A DNA stretch of 64,000 bases from Botryllus schlosseri (Eukaryota): the NCBI GenBank assembly GCA_051294905.1, contig CM119374.1:23374001-23438000 (forward strand). The letters run 5' to 3'. The translations under genes were made by a program, and so were the position numbers. Positions 27,001 to 39,000 of this stretch are shown piece by piece (position 1 is the stretch's first letter; each line of letters opens with the position of its first letter). The notes under the pieces were generated by a model, which was given only the letters and a program-made list of their open reading frames with translations, made no database searches and was not told the origin of the DNA.

Positions 27001-30000
27001 CCTGTTTGTGGGCAGGCGAGATTCGAACCAGTGCACCGACGATATGGATGAAGAGACCGACCGTAGTCTTATCATCAGACGAGTTGCTGGGTTCGTGCGC
27101 GCCACTCATGTTTTAGTAGTACAATTTCAATCGCTACAACTATTATAATTATTGCTGAGTCTATGATTGGAACTTCTTGTATTTTGGAATTGAGTTATAA
27201 AATTGTGTATAAAATATTGTGCAGGCGGTTGGGAACCACTGATCTTCATCATATACCCATATTTTCATTGATGCAATTTTTGTGTGATTTTTTGCAGAGT
27301 CAACAAGAAAGCATACCCGAATACTGCGGGGGGCAGGTCCGGCGTCATGCTGCCCCTGTTTGAAGGCGGCTACAACGGCGCCACGTTCAAAGCCCTCCAC
27401 GTCAACATGAACTATCCGGCCATTTACGGGTTGCTGAGTTTTGAAGGTAGGCCGAGTGCTTTTCAAAGTACGAGGCGTGATTTTAAGTCGTATACCCTCA
27501 GTCTATGATAATTATTACCACACAAAATGGTGGATAAAACACGAATCTTTGGAAAATTGAAACAAATCGATATGGTGTGATACTAGGGTTACCATACCTC
27601 TACCTTTAGGAGGATTTGTTCTCCTTTTTGACGATGTGTCCTCCTTTTTCACCTGAAATGCCCAAAAGGATCACGAAAGACGTGAAGTTTTGTCCGAAAA
27701 GACGGAGTCAGATCCGAAAAATGACCTTTTTTTAGTCAACACTGATAAAGTATTAGATGAATTAGGACAGCTTTTTCACTAACACTCGGGTACCATTTCC
27801 AAATTTATTTTCACCGTCTACCTAGACGTCACGTTCGCAAACTTCAAATCGACATGCAACGTGCGAGACGTGATGTTCTACACCAACCCGATCAATGAAG
27901 ACATATCCCACCCCACTCATTTGTCTGGCATCACCAAAGTTAACTCTGACGAAGATAGTACCGTACTCATCGACAGGCCATCTGTAGGGTGAGTAATAAT
28001 TGTTTGGTTAATCCTCAGCTGACATTTTTAAGTGTATGTCGAATTTCAGACTGATCAATCCGTCTGATTGCGTTGACATGCAGTGCGACGGCATGATTAA
28101 AATTTTGATTAATGATCTCGACGGAAGCTTTCTTGGGAGTTCTGGGTCGATTATTTCACAGGTATGCGAGTTTTTGTGTGTCTGTATCGTGTTTTTACGC
28201 TTGAATTCCTGATTTAAAAGTTAGTCGGCAAGCTCTCATTCCTACGGTTAGCAAAGTAGACTGAATAGTGGCAGTGTTGGGATGACTCGAGTCATGACTT
28301 GACTCGACTTGACATATGAGTAGTATGGAATGAGTCATGACTCGGAAACAAATTTTCAAATCAGGAAATATATTATTAAATCATTGAATCAAAAAATACG
28401 CAAATGACTTGAAATTGACTCAAAATCAGAAAATTTCAGATGACTTGACTTGACTAGGGTCGAAGTTTGCGGTGACTCAAAGGCGGTGACTTGATCCCAG
28501 CATTAGACGTCACCGGATTGTCTTTGTGACATTACATTGACGCTATATGCAATGGAATAGTAGTATATTCATAATAAAATGAACCCTAATATTTTCGGCT
28601 GACACTCGTCAGGGGTATTCGTCAGCAACGAGTAGAGAATTGGAAAGAACATCGTATCACAAAATATGAAGTTAACAGCATGAAATTTCGAATATTCAGA
28701 GCGAAAAGCCGGTGACGTCATATTTTGTGATACGATTGTTGATATGCAATGTTCTTTCCAATTCTGTAGTAGTTGTTGACGATTACCCCTGACGAGTGTC
28801 AGCCAAAAATATTCGGGTTCATTTCAATATGAATATACTATTCAACTGTATATAAAAGTAATCTGCACAAGGGAAAACGTTATGTTGTGACTAAAATATA
28901 GTTTGCTAATCTTACTTGTAACTGGAGGTAAGGCGTCTTTAATGTGTTGGTAGAGTAGATTCCAAAATTACATCTGTAGATCTGTTACGTGTGTCACTTT
29001 GTTTATCTTGAAAAAATTTTGTTGAATTCCTTATGATTTCATGAATTGTGTGCTGGTGAACGGTGTGCACTTTGTAAGTGTCACAAATCCTCTTTCGAGA
29101 TTGAAATTATTCTGTATTTTTTTTCAAGTCTGAGCACAAATGGGGAGACCAGACCTTGGGACTGGGAGATTATAGAATACCGAAACCAATGCTGACGGCG
29201 GTTGACGGCACTCGTATACCAGTAGAAGATGTCGTTCCCACGAAAGGTATGTAGCTTTAGCCTTTGGATAGTCCGTGCTAGACTTATCGTGAGAAAGCCG
29301 TCCTGTACATACTTTTTCGTTCCAGTCATCTACAAGTAGTGCGATAAAAGTCTATGTTAGGTTGATCCTATACTTCCATGTTAGTTCTGATTCGATGAGC
29401 TATCAGCTTTAGTGTGAAGTCGACAACTTTTGTGACTCTGGAGATGGCACGAATTCAGATTAGAAAAACAGGATTTTAGGATGTTGCACAGACTCATTAT
29501 GGATTATGACATAAAATCTTGAATGATCTTGAGCTGTCGAGTCGTGATTGAATAAACTGAGCACATTGTTCGGAATTGATTTGGACTTAATAGCTTGAGT
29601 ATAGATTTCATTTCGAAATATAAATGCGGTTCTGATCATTTACGTTGTAAATCGGAAGAAACTTGACTTTTGGTATTGTTTTTCGCAGGCATCGCCAGGA
29701 AAGGTAGCAGTTGCGAGCTGAACGACAATTGGCAGGCGTACAAGTGCACTGGCGACACCTACCGGTACAGGATGTTGGTCATTGAGAGTCTGGACGCAGA
29801 CACGGAGACAAGACGCCTGTCTCCCATTGCAATCAGAGTCGGAGACACCGTCGATCTCGTCAATGGTACGATATCATGTTCAATACTAGTCAGCCCGCAA
29901 GTTTACCGGACCACGACCTGATGTATCGATCTCGCGTTCCGACACATGCCACCTCTTTTGTCGCCTGTCATTTATATATTTCAATTCAATTTATTGCTAA

Positions 30001-33000
30001 TGATTTCAATACACCACAAGAGTGCGATACAATGAAAAGATAGGAACGTCTTATAGAAGTCTTCGAAATCAGACACCCACCTGGCCTAGGCGATATAAAA
30101 AAGGAGGCATGCACATTGAATGAGAAGTAAAAGAAGATAATAAGGACAGGTGATAAAATAGGTGGCATGTGTCGGAAGCAATGTTCCCTCTAAGCACGGT
30201 TGTTGCGCACAAAAAATCTGAACAGATAACTTCTTTTTTAGTCGTTACGCACTGTTGTCCAAGGGTCTGCGCAGTAAGTTGGTGAGTGTGCGCAGACTCG
30301 CCAAAAATTAGAGGCAAGGCGAGATCGATATGTCAGGTCGTGGTCATGTGCATGCCTTCTTTTTACATCGCCTAGGACAGGTGGGTGTATGATTTCAAAG
30401 ACTACTCCAAGTCGTTTCGACACCTTCCTATCTTTTCATTGTATTTAATTGTAATTTTTATGTAATTTTTAATAATAAATTGAATTGAATTTGGGGCTAT
30501 ATCTCAGTCGTTTGCATTTGCAGGACCGCAAGACCACGGCTGGTGCTCTGGCTACACTTGCCAGAAGAGGATATCGACTTTCTACACCATCGTGCCTCTG
30601 GGCGAACGCGTCGAGATCTACTTCACCAGCACGCCGCCGTTGAACTTCAAGCTGCATCTGCTCAATTCGGCGGCCGACGAGAAACTGGCAGTCGCGATAT
30701 GGTACGCTGTTATTCACCCAATTGACATACTTTTTCAGTGTATTTGCCTGACTATCCGGCCAATACATGCTCGAATATCTACCAAACAAAGAAACAGATT
30801 TGATAAACACCAATCTGAAGATTTTGCTTTTGTTTGTGTCACTATTACGATGGAAATCGTGGTAAAAACCGGGTAAAATAGCTCCCTTATAACGACAGCT
30901 GAATATATTTTTGAATATTGCGCCTATTCATAGTGTCTACAGAGAGAGAGAGAATCTATATTCGTATACATTACATATCAACATTACACTACAAAAATGT
31001 AACAGTGAAATGCGACATGCAAGGTAGACGGGAGGCTCGATATGACAAAGTCTTCATAGCCGAGCCACCCAGGACAGGAGCAATTTTCACAGTTGATAAC
31101 TAATAAACAAAAAATAAAAAATAATAAAAGTTAACTAACGAACGAAAAGAAAAATAAGACACAGTATCATGTACCAATTCGGAATACAATGCAAATACAA
31201 TTTAGCCGTAGTTAGAGATGAGGGAATGAAAACATTGTTTTTTAAATGCACAAGAGTCTAAATTGCGGAGATTAGGTGGTAGCTTATTCCAAACATTGAC
31301 ACCAATAAAACTGATCGAGTTTTTCGAGAGTCTACAGGTATGCCTCGACCAAATTTGCCGTCAGAACCACGAACTAAACTTCATTCCAGATCTTCATTTC
31401 CACTCAAAGTAGTTATGTCGTGCCTTGGAAATCACCAGAGCATAAATTTACGGCGCTGCTTCCACTCGCGGGACTGCTTGACAACCTATGAACAATGTTA
31501 ACATGAGATATTCTATCTCGAACGGAATGTTTTTCAGGATTCCGAACCCGCAACTCCTGGAGGTTTACTCGAATGACGCTCTAGTCGACGCCAACAACAA
31601 GAATGGATTTAAATTGGAGAAGCCCCCGGCGAACGACCCCGATAGATTCAAGCCTTCCCCGACGACCAGTGAGCACCGTTTTATTTTTTAGAGTGATTTT
31701 TAACGTTGAAATATATACTACCTACGAGCGCGCTACCGAACCTTAGAAGTCTTCTTTGGCAGAATTTACTTTGATAGGTTGCAAAGAAATATAGTGTCAA
31801 TACTGTTTCCAATGCGGACGACTGTACACCTCTATTGGTCATACAAAGTATCTAGTGCGGTGGCTCTCGTACTGATTTATGCATTATTCAGCATCGGCCG
31901 GCGAGAACTACCTGGACCTGGACACGAGACTTCTACACATCGGCGTCACCGGCGCCGGCCCGCTCGAAATCCAGACCAAGCCGGCGATCATCGTCAACAT
32001 GATGTTCCCGGCGATTTCCATTGACGATTTCTTCGAGACTAACCTTATCAGCAACCTTGCTAGTTTGTTGGAGATCGATTCGTCGAAGATACGCCGCGTT
32101 AACGTCGTGCCGGAGACGTCCAGGAGACGGAGAAGCACGTGGGTTGCTTTTGTTTGGTTCGCGGGCTCATGGCTAAACTTGTAGTAGTTTGCGTTTGTAA
32201 AATTTTGGTATATAATATAATGTAATATAATACAATCAGCATATATAACATTATCAGTATATTCAAAATAAGTAGTCCAACTGCATATCTACTGGAGGAA
32301 GTAGATCAAGAAGGCTGAGTTCCTAGGCACTTCGTCTCTGACCAGTTCTGCCTAACCCTTTGAGCAATCCGCATGTATTTGAGGTCGTGACAGTCACCGG
32401 AAATGTATTAGGAAATGAGAAATAGCTAGCTCCAAGACACGATTTGGAAATAACTTGAACTAAATTCGTATTTGATTTTTATGTCTCAGGATTAGGCCGT
32501 AAATATCACACAAGTAACGTCGACAGAACCATTCGAACGTGTGTTGTATCTGCAGGTCCTTGGAGGAGGTATCGGTTGAAATTGAACAAAGCACCCAAGC
32601 AGAGCTTCAGTCGGTACGCACGAAGGTGAGTTGTGTCGGAAGAGAATTTCGTGCAGTTTACATCTACCATAGCACCATACCTAAACTGATCACATCGACA
32701 ACCTCCGGTAATGTGCGTTATTTCTTACGAGCCCGCACTAAATTCTATGCCATTTCGATCCATTCCTGCTCTGTCCGGTGTCTCACTGCGCTACCCTTCA
32801 TCCTTACGTTTGGTTGCCTTGTCTTACAGCTCGTGACTGCCGTTCAAAGTGGCGGCGTTTCGGCGAACGGCGTGGTGGCTGCTGACGTAACAACTTCAGG
32901 AACTTTAAGCGAAGAGGACATCGCGACTATAGATACCGGTAAGCCATTCGCAGCTTGTTAGCAGGCTAGATTTGTTAAGGATCATATGAAATTCCACGTT

Positions 33001-36000
33001 TGTCCAATCTGTAATCTTATTCGGGTTGATTTCAGTATGGATGTATTATTCAATTATATCAGGTACCGATTTTGCCCAATCTCAATTCGTGAGCTGAAAC
33101 TTTTGTCGTGACATTGTGAAAAACAATATTGACTCGTGACTCATCCGAACAATCTCAGACAGACGGGACTCTTGTTTCGAGTCTCGTGGTCAATGTTGTC
33201 TAGTTTTTTTTCGGCTTTTCCTACAACCGCGCTCGTGTTTCTTCCAGCGCTGCGATCGGGTGAGGATGTCACTTCGAGAAACGCGGTCCGGGTACCGAGC
33301 AAAATTCGGGTCACGATGACGAACCCGGCGGGACAAGAATTATCGACCGTGTCCGCCCCGCCTCTGGTGGAGCTTTTGGATGATACGGTAAGCGGGCGTT
33401 ACGGTCTGTTGCGACTTAGCGTACACAGATGACATTGCGATGTTTGAGGATGAAATTTGTGGGGGTTAGAATATATTTCACCTCTGTGGCTGATGTCATC
33501 TTCAACCTATCTCTATTCGAATTTATTTGTTCTAAATTCCGCTATACTTCTCTGTTTCTACCGTTGGTACCAGGGGTTTGAACTAAGTCCTTTTTTGTGA
33601 TTGCTTTTTACAGGACATTGTGGTGGAAGAGTCTGCCGATTATCAAGTCGCCGTGACTCTCGATGTTAGCCACGCCAATGCTGACAGCCGGGCCGTTATT
33701 TCCGGCACGACCACGTTGACCTTCACGAGAGTGAGTTGAATTTCTGTAGTTCCAAAGTGATGCGGTATTGCAAAAGTGCTTGAAATCTATCTGCTCGGTG
33801 ACGTGTTCTATTCAATTTTCACTTTTGCAGGGCGTGGCCAACTTTACGGACATCACTATTTCGCATAGCGGGTCGTACAACCTCATTGTTACCCCCAGCG
33901 GCGGTAACGGAGTTGCCACGGCCGAAACCGTTGTCATCGTCATAGAAGATAGAAGCGTCTGCGCCGATGTAGCCAGAAATGGTGCTTTGGTCACGGAGGG
34001 CGACAGCCTTCAGTTTACGGCGCAACTGACCGACTGTGCTGGCGCGAATTTGCAAGACGTCGCCCATAAGGTATGCGGAATATGAAAAGTGTCACGTGGT
34101 GTTATTTTAGGGCCTCGTTCTCATCCGCTAACACTACTGAGTTTTGCGACGTAAAAATAAGTTTTTTACAATATCATCGTCAAAGTAACCAGAGGAGGTC
34201 AAAGTAGTCAGTGTTGGTACTTAAAAGAAGTAGAAGTAAATTCCTGCTCTAGTACATGTAGAAGTAGCTATTTACAGGACTTGTCAAAACTACTTCAATT
34301 GGAAAAGCTAACTAATGAGTTAACGGTATTACTTGTAATTCTAGTACCGCTGAGTACTTTACCGCATCTGGTTGCTACTCGAATAGAAGTAAAATACCAT
34401 CCTATGTCTTTAGGGATACACGTACAAACTGGACATCTCATTTGACGATGCGTCGCTGTACGTGCCAGCCACCTTGACAGGCACGACCACGTTTGACTTT
34501 GACGCCAACGGCGCCCTTACCGCAAGCGGACCGGCTCTCGGCACCACCACCGCATACCACCGATACAATTTGAATTTCCGACTGTACACCGACCCGGCTT
34601 CGAGTTACGACACTTCTGTGGCCGTGCACGAAATTCAGGTGATGTCCTTGGTCAAGTCAGGGATATATAGAACTCCGGGATGGCTGACTTCTTTTTGGCC
34701 TATACATAAGTAGGGCTATAAACCAACCTGCAATCTACCTCGAAATCTTCACTTTCTTTCGCAAGTTAGCGATGTAGGTGTTTATACAATCGGGTTCCTT
34801 GACCTTTCGCCGCCTTCCTGGTGAGCAAGCAAGACATTCTAGAAAACATGGGTCTTCCCATACCTCAACCTTTATGCTAAGCAAACTCAGACAACGTTGA
34901 ACATCAGCAATTTCATTCAGTAAATCATGAATACAGTTGTATACTTCAAATTAACCTAAATTTACCGACAGGTAATACATATAAAGGTGGATAACGAAGA
35001 AAATCAGTATTTTCTAAACGTTCAAGACATTGTTTTCCAAACTTTTTCAGTGTGGGTGATAATTTTGAGAAGTATTTGGGAGAAGTAATATAAGTCAAGC
35101 AGGAAAGAGTAACTATATGATGCTGAGACTTTTTGAATTGTAAAGGCTCTTTTGAATACTACAACACGCCCAATTTTCTCCACTTTTTCGTCGATAGACA
35201 TTCCTGAGCTTTATCGTCATTGGCTGTGCAGTAGCAGTACATCCCGAATCAAGCTTCTGAAGGGTTCGATACTAATTCGCAAGTATTGGAAATTATGTGT
35301 AAAGGTGATGCGTCCAGCTTCTCGATCGGTAGGTCGTGGGTTAGATTCCCGGCCGGATCAGACCAAAGACTCGAAAACTGGTATCCGCGGCTATCCTGCT
35401 AGGCGCTCAGCATCCACGGATAGCATGGAGGAGAAAAAAATGGGGGTGCAGACTAGGTTACCTTACGGTCGTATAGCATCTCCGCTGTCAAAGCATCACG
35501 ATGGTGCAGGCGAAAAAGAATATCATATCTCTCGCTCTCTCCAGAAGATTTTCGGACATGATAACTGATTCAATGGACTGAGTAGATATTAAAAGCGTCG
35601 CTGCTGAGACACAAGACCCAAACTTCCAGATTGAAGCCAATATTTGAAGATGGTAATGCAAGTATTGTATAGCAGCATATCCACTGATGATGTGCTGTAC
35701 AGAATGGAACGTCGCATTTCGTATCATGAATCTGCAACAAAAATTAACAATTTAGAGATACAAATCAATCATGAACCCAATCTTTAAGACTAGCTTGATC
35801 TGGGGATTCAACCAAGTGGTGCTAAACCGCCAAATATGTTAGATTTTTATATCTCAATTCCAAATGCATGAAGCTGGACGCTTGTCCATTAGAGAATGAA
35901 ACATCAAAGTTCAGATTGAATCGGATTTTTCTGCATGGTGTCGTAATACAGAGCTCATAGTTTACTTTGGTCTTGACGTACGTCACAATGATGCAAGTGT

Positions 36001-39000
36001 ACGGAACGAAATATCCTACATCTCTTTCAGCAACAGTTATATGTGAAAGCTATAAGACTATTAAAAAAAGTTCTTTAAATTTGGACAGTACAATTTAGCG
36101 ATCTTTAGCAGTGGAATAGAGCTTTGCTAGAAAACTGATAAGCTGCTGGTATTTATTTCAAAAGCAATCAAACAGTCAAACTGACGTTGGTGGCAGAACC
36201 CTTGCAGAAATTCATTAGCACCACCTATAATATCAAAAGGTATTCAATGTTGTTTCCAATATTTAGTTTTTAGTTGCATACATTTGTCCTATATGCTATT
36301 TAGGTTGCAAGGTGTGCAAGATCAAAAAAAGTTGAGAAGTGACAACCACTGATTTAACCGCCATAATATTCCAGCTATTAATTATAATGTCGACAAAATG
36401 CACACTGCAAAGTTGACAAAATGGCAGAATGATCTTTACTATAGTATAGTATAGCAGTGCAATACAGGGGGTAGGAAACTGATGAGCTGCTGGTATTTCT
36501 TTCAAAAGCAATCAAACAGTCAAGCTGAAGTTGGTGGCAGAACCCTTGCAGAAACTTCATCAGCACCACATATAATATCAAAAGGTATTCAATGTTGTTT
36601 CCAATATTTAGTTTTTAGTTGCATACATTTGTCCTATATGCAATTTAGGTTGCAAGGTGTGCAAGATAAAAAAAAGTTGAGAAGTGACAACCGCTGATTT
36701 AACCGCCATAATATTCCAACTATAGAGTACAATGTCGACAAAATGCACAGTTGATAAAATGGCAGGATGATCTTTTCTATAGCGAAGTACCTCAAGCCAT
36801 AAGCAGTTGATTCGCTCAACACAAACACACACACACACACACGACAATATATTTAAATGGATTTCAATCCTTGATTTGATATAGCTCACCAGAATCAGAC
36901 AAACTTACCCATGCATGCTGAGCAGAGGTCCTGGCTGTGTCGCAAGGATTTGACGAAACCTTTTTAACTGTGATGCAGTTTCAAGAGTTCAATCTTCCTT
37001 TGCCACATAGGCCTATACAGCATTTCCCCATTGCCACATCCTGACGATAGAGTTAACCTTAACATCAAGTCGATTGATGTGATAAATAGTCCTGTCTCTG
37101 TCTTGTATCTTCAAAAGTTTCAGTGGCCAGCAAATGACTTGGCTATATTTTACAGTTCACTGCAACGGAGGTATCTTTCCAGTATAGTGGCATTTGATTG
37201 CCAGTCATTAACAAACATATTCATGTATCACTAGTAGCCTATCGGTATCTGTAAAGACAGATTGAATTTAAATGGTGCCTGGACTGTTATACAATTATGA
37301 AAACTTCTAACTACCGTGTATTGTATTGTACCACTTAACCACTACCATACTCCAAGGGTTTGTATTTTGCGTAAAAGTCTAAAATTCATCCTGACTGTTT
37401 GACTGAAATGCAACTTGCATACTGGTACTTAGAGGCTGCAGTTCTTGGTCATTTCACCCTATAAAACTATATAACTGTCTTCTAGGAAACCACGGGTAGG
37501 TATAGAATCATTAGGCTCGTTGATACTCCTCTCCTTTCCTTTGTTCTCCATCATGTTCTACAATTAGGAACGTAGCATGGATGAACTATAATTATCAATT
37601 AACCTATTACATAAAATCCTGACAGACGAAGTCACTCTAAACTGGCGGCAGTTACTGTACGGTACACTGTACAGCCTAGGACTTGGGCTTATTATGCAAT
37701 TCTATGGCATCAGATCAGTCATTAAAAGCATAACGTAATCAATACTAAAATCATCCTGAAATGTAATTCTAAACATTCTGCTACATCCTGATATGCACTT
37801 ACGCTTATCAATGTAGCAAAACATACTCGATATGTGGAGATATTCCGAATACCAGCGGTATATCGTACAGGCATACCGATACCGGTAGTGCCGATAATAA
37901 CCTGCAGCTGAAGCTACATAACCAATACTGCTAAAATGATCAACTACCTGAACATCACATGAGTCCTCTAGCTTTATAAACGTTTATATATTGATATCAT
38001 CTACCACCAATCACAAACTAGAGAGGCAATTCCGAATCTCGAAGTCATGCACAGACAACGCGCTGTCAACAATCCTATCTGCAGTGAGTGCGCGAAAATG
38101 ACCCTACTTGTGTATGACCGCGATGACGCAATCGACGGAGTCAGCCATCCCGGAGTTCTATATATCCCTGGGTCAAGTCTTGTATGAACTTCTGGATTTT
38201 TACGTTGTAGAACTAGAACTAGAATTAGTCACCATTCAAAATACGCAACTAAACTGCAACTACTCACTTTTCAAAATATGCAACTAGAAATAGAACTACT
38301 CAGTTTTCAAAATATTTAACTAGAACTAAACTACTCACTTTTCAAAATATGCAACCAGAACTAGAACTAAAGTACTCGCTTTTCAAAATACGTAGCTAGA
38401 ACTAAACTACTCAAAATACAGTAGTTAGCTAACCAGATTGATAGTTCGTGCATGTCTACTTTTGTAGCGCGTGTTCACAGCATTGTGATGTCGTACCATC
38501 CTTCAATTTTAGATTTACCCCTCCGACCAGGCGGATTACATTCACGAAGATAACAGCAACCAGCGCAATCTGATGTATGTATTTCTTGTTGTTTTTGGTA
38601 TTATCGAAATCAGCATTGCTTGGGTTTAGTCTTGCGCACACGACAATGTGAAAGACGACACTTTTACTTCAACTGTTTTTCGAAACCTACTTGCTTTCTA
38701 CAATTTGAGCATTTCTTGAAAGTTATTACTTCCACTTGTAGTACTCGAGTACTGTCAATGGCCACTCCGACCCCTGAACAGGGCCCAATGCTGGTTCAAT
38801 TGTAATGCGTACATCGTGATGCCGTGATGTCTCTCTTTCGCTATATCTCTCCTAAACCTGGTTTGGTCGGTCTGAGACGTGCTTCTTTTCAGATTGACGT
38901 TCAGCGAAAATTATGACTACGTCGTCGATGGCACACACACTTTGGAGATGGCGCAGAGCGCGTTGTACAACAGCATGCTGACGCAGTACCCTCATTTGTA

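Noticed and set aside
34766-34830. Candidate extra PKHD1L1 exon with good acceptor and GTGAGC donor
   Set aside because: No phase combination with neighbouring exons keeps the frame open.
35152-35568. 138-aa ORF
   Set aside because: Chance read-through of the tRNA-derived SINE.
36480-36565. CTGATGA...GAAAC as a hammerhead, C/D or H/ACA RNA in the 344-bp duplication
   Set aside because: Helix II does not close properly, the rRNA match is only ~8 nt and misregistered, and the sister copy breaks the motifs (CTGATAA; ACC for ACA).
38208-38435. Regularly spaced repeats resembling a CRISPR array (also 58320-58490)
   Set aside because: Eukaryotic context, no unique spacers, no cas genes; these are transposon subterminal tandem repeats.
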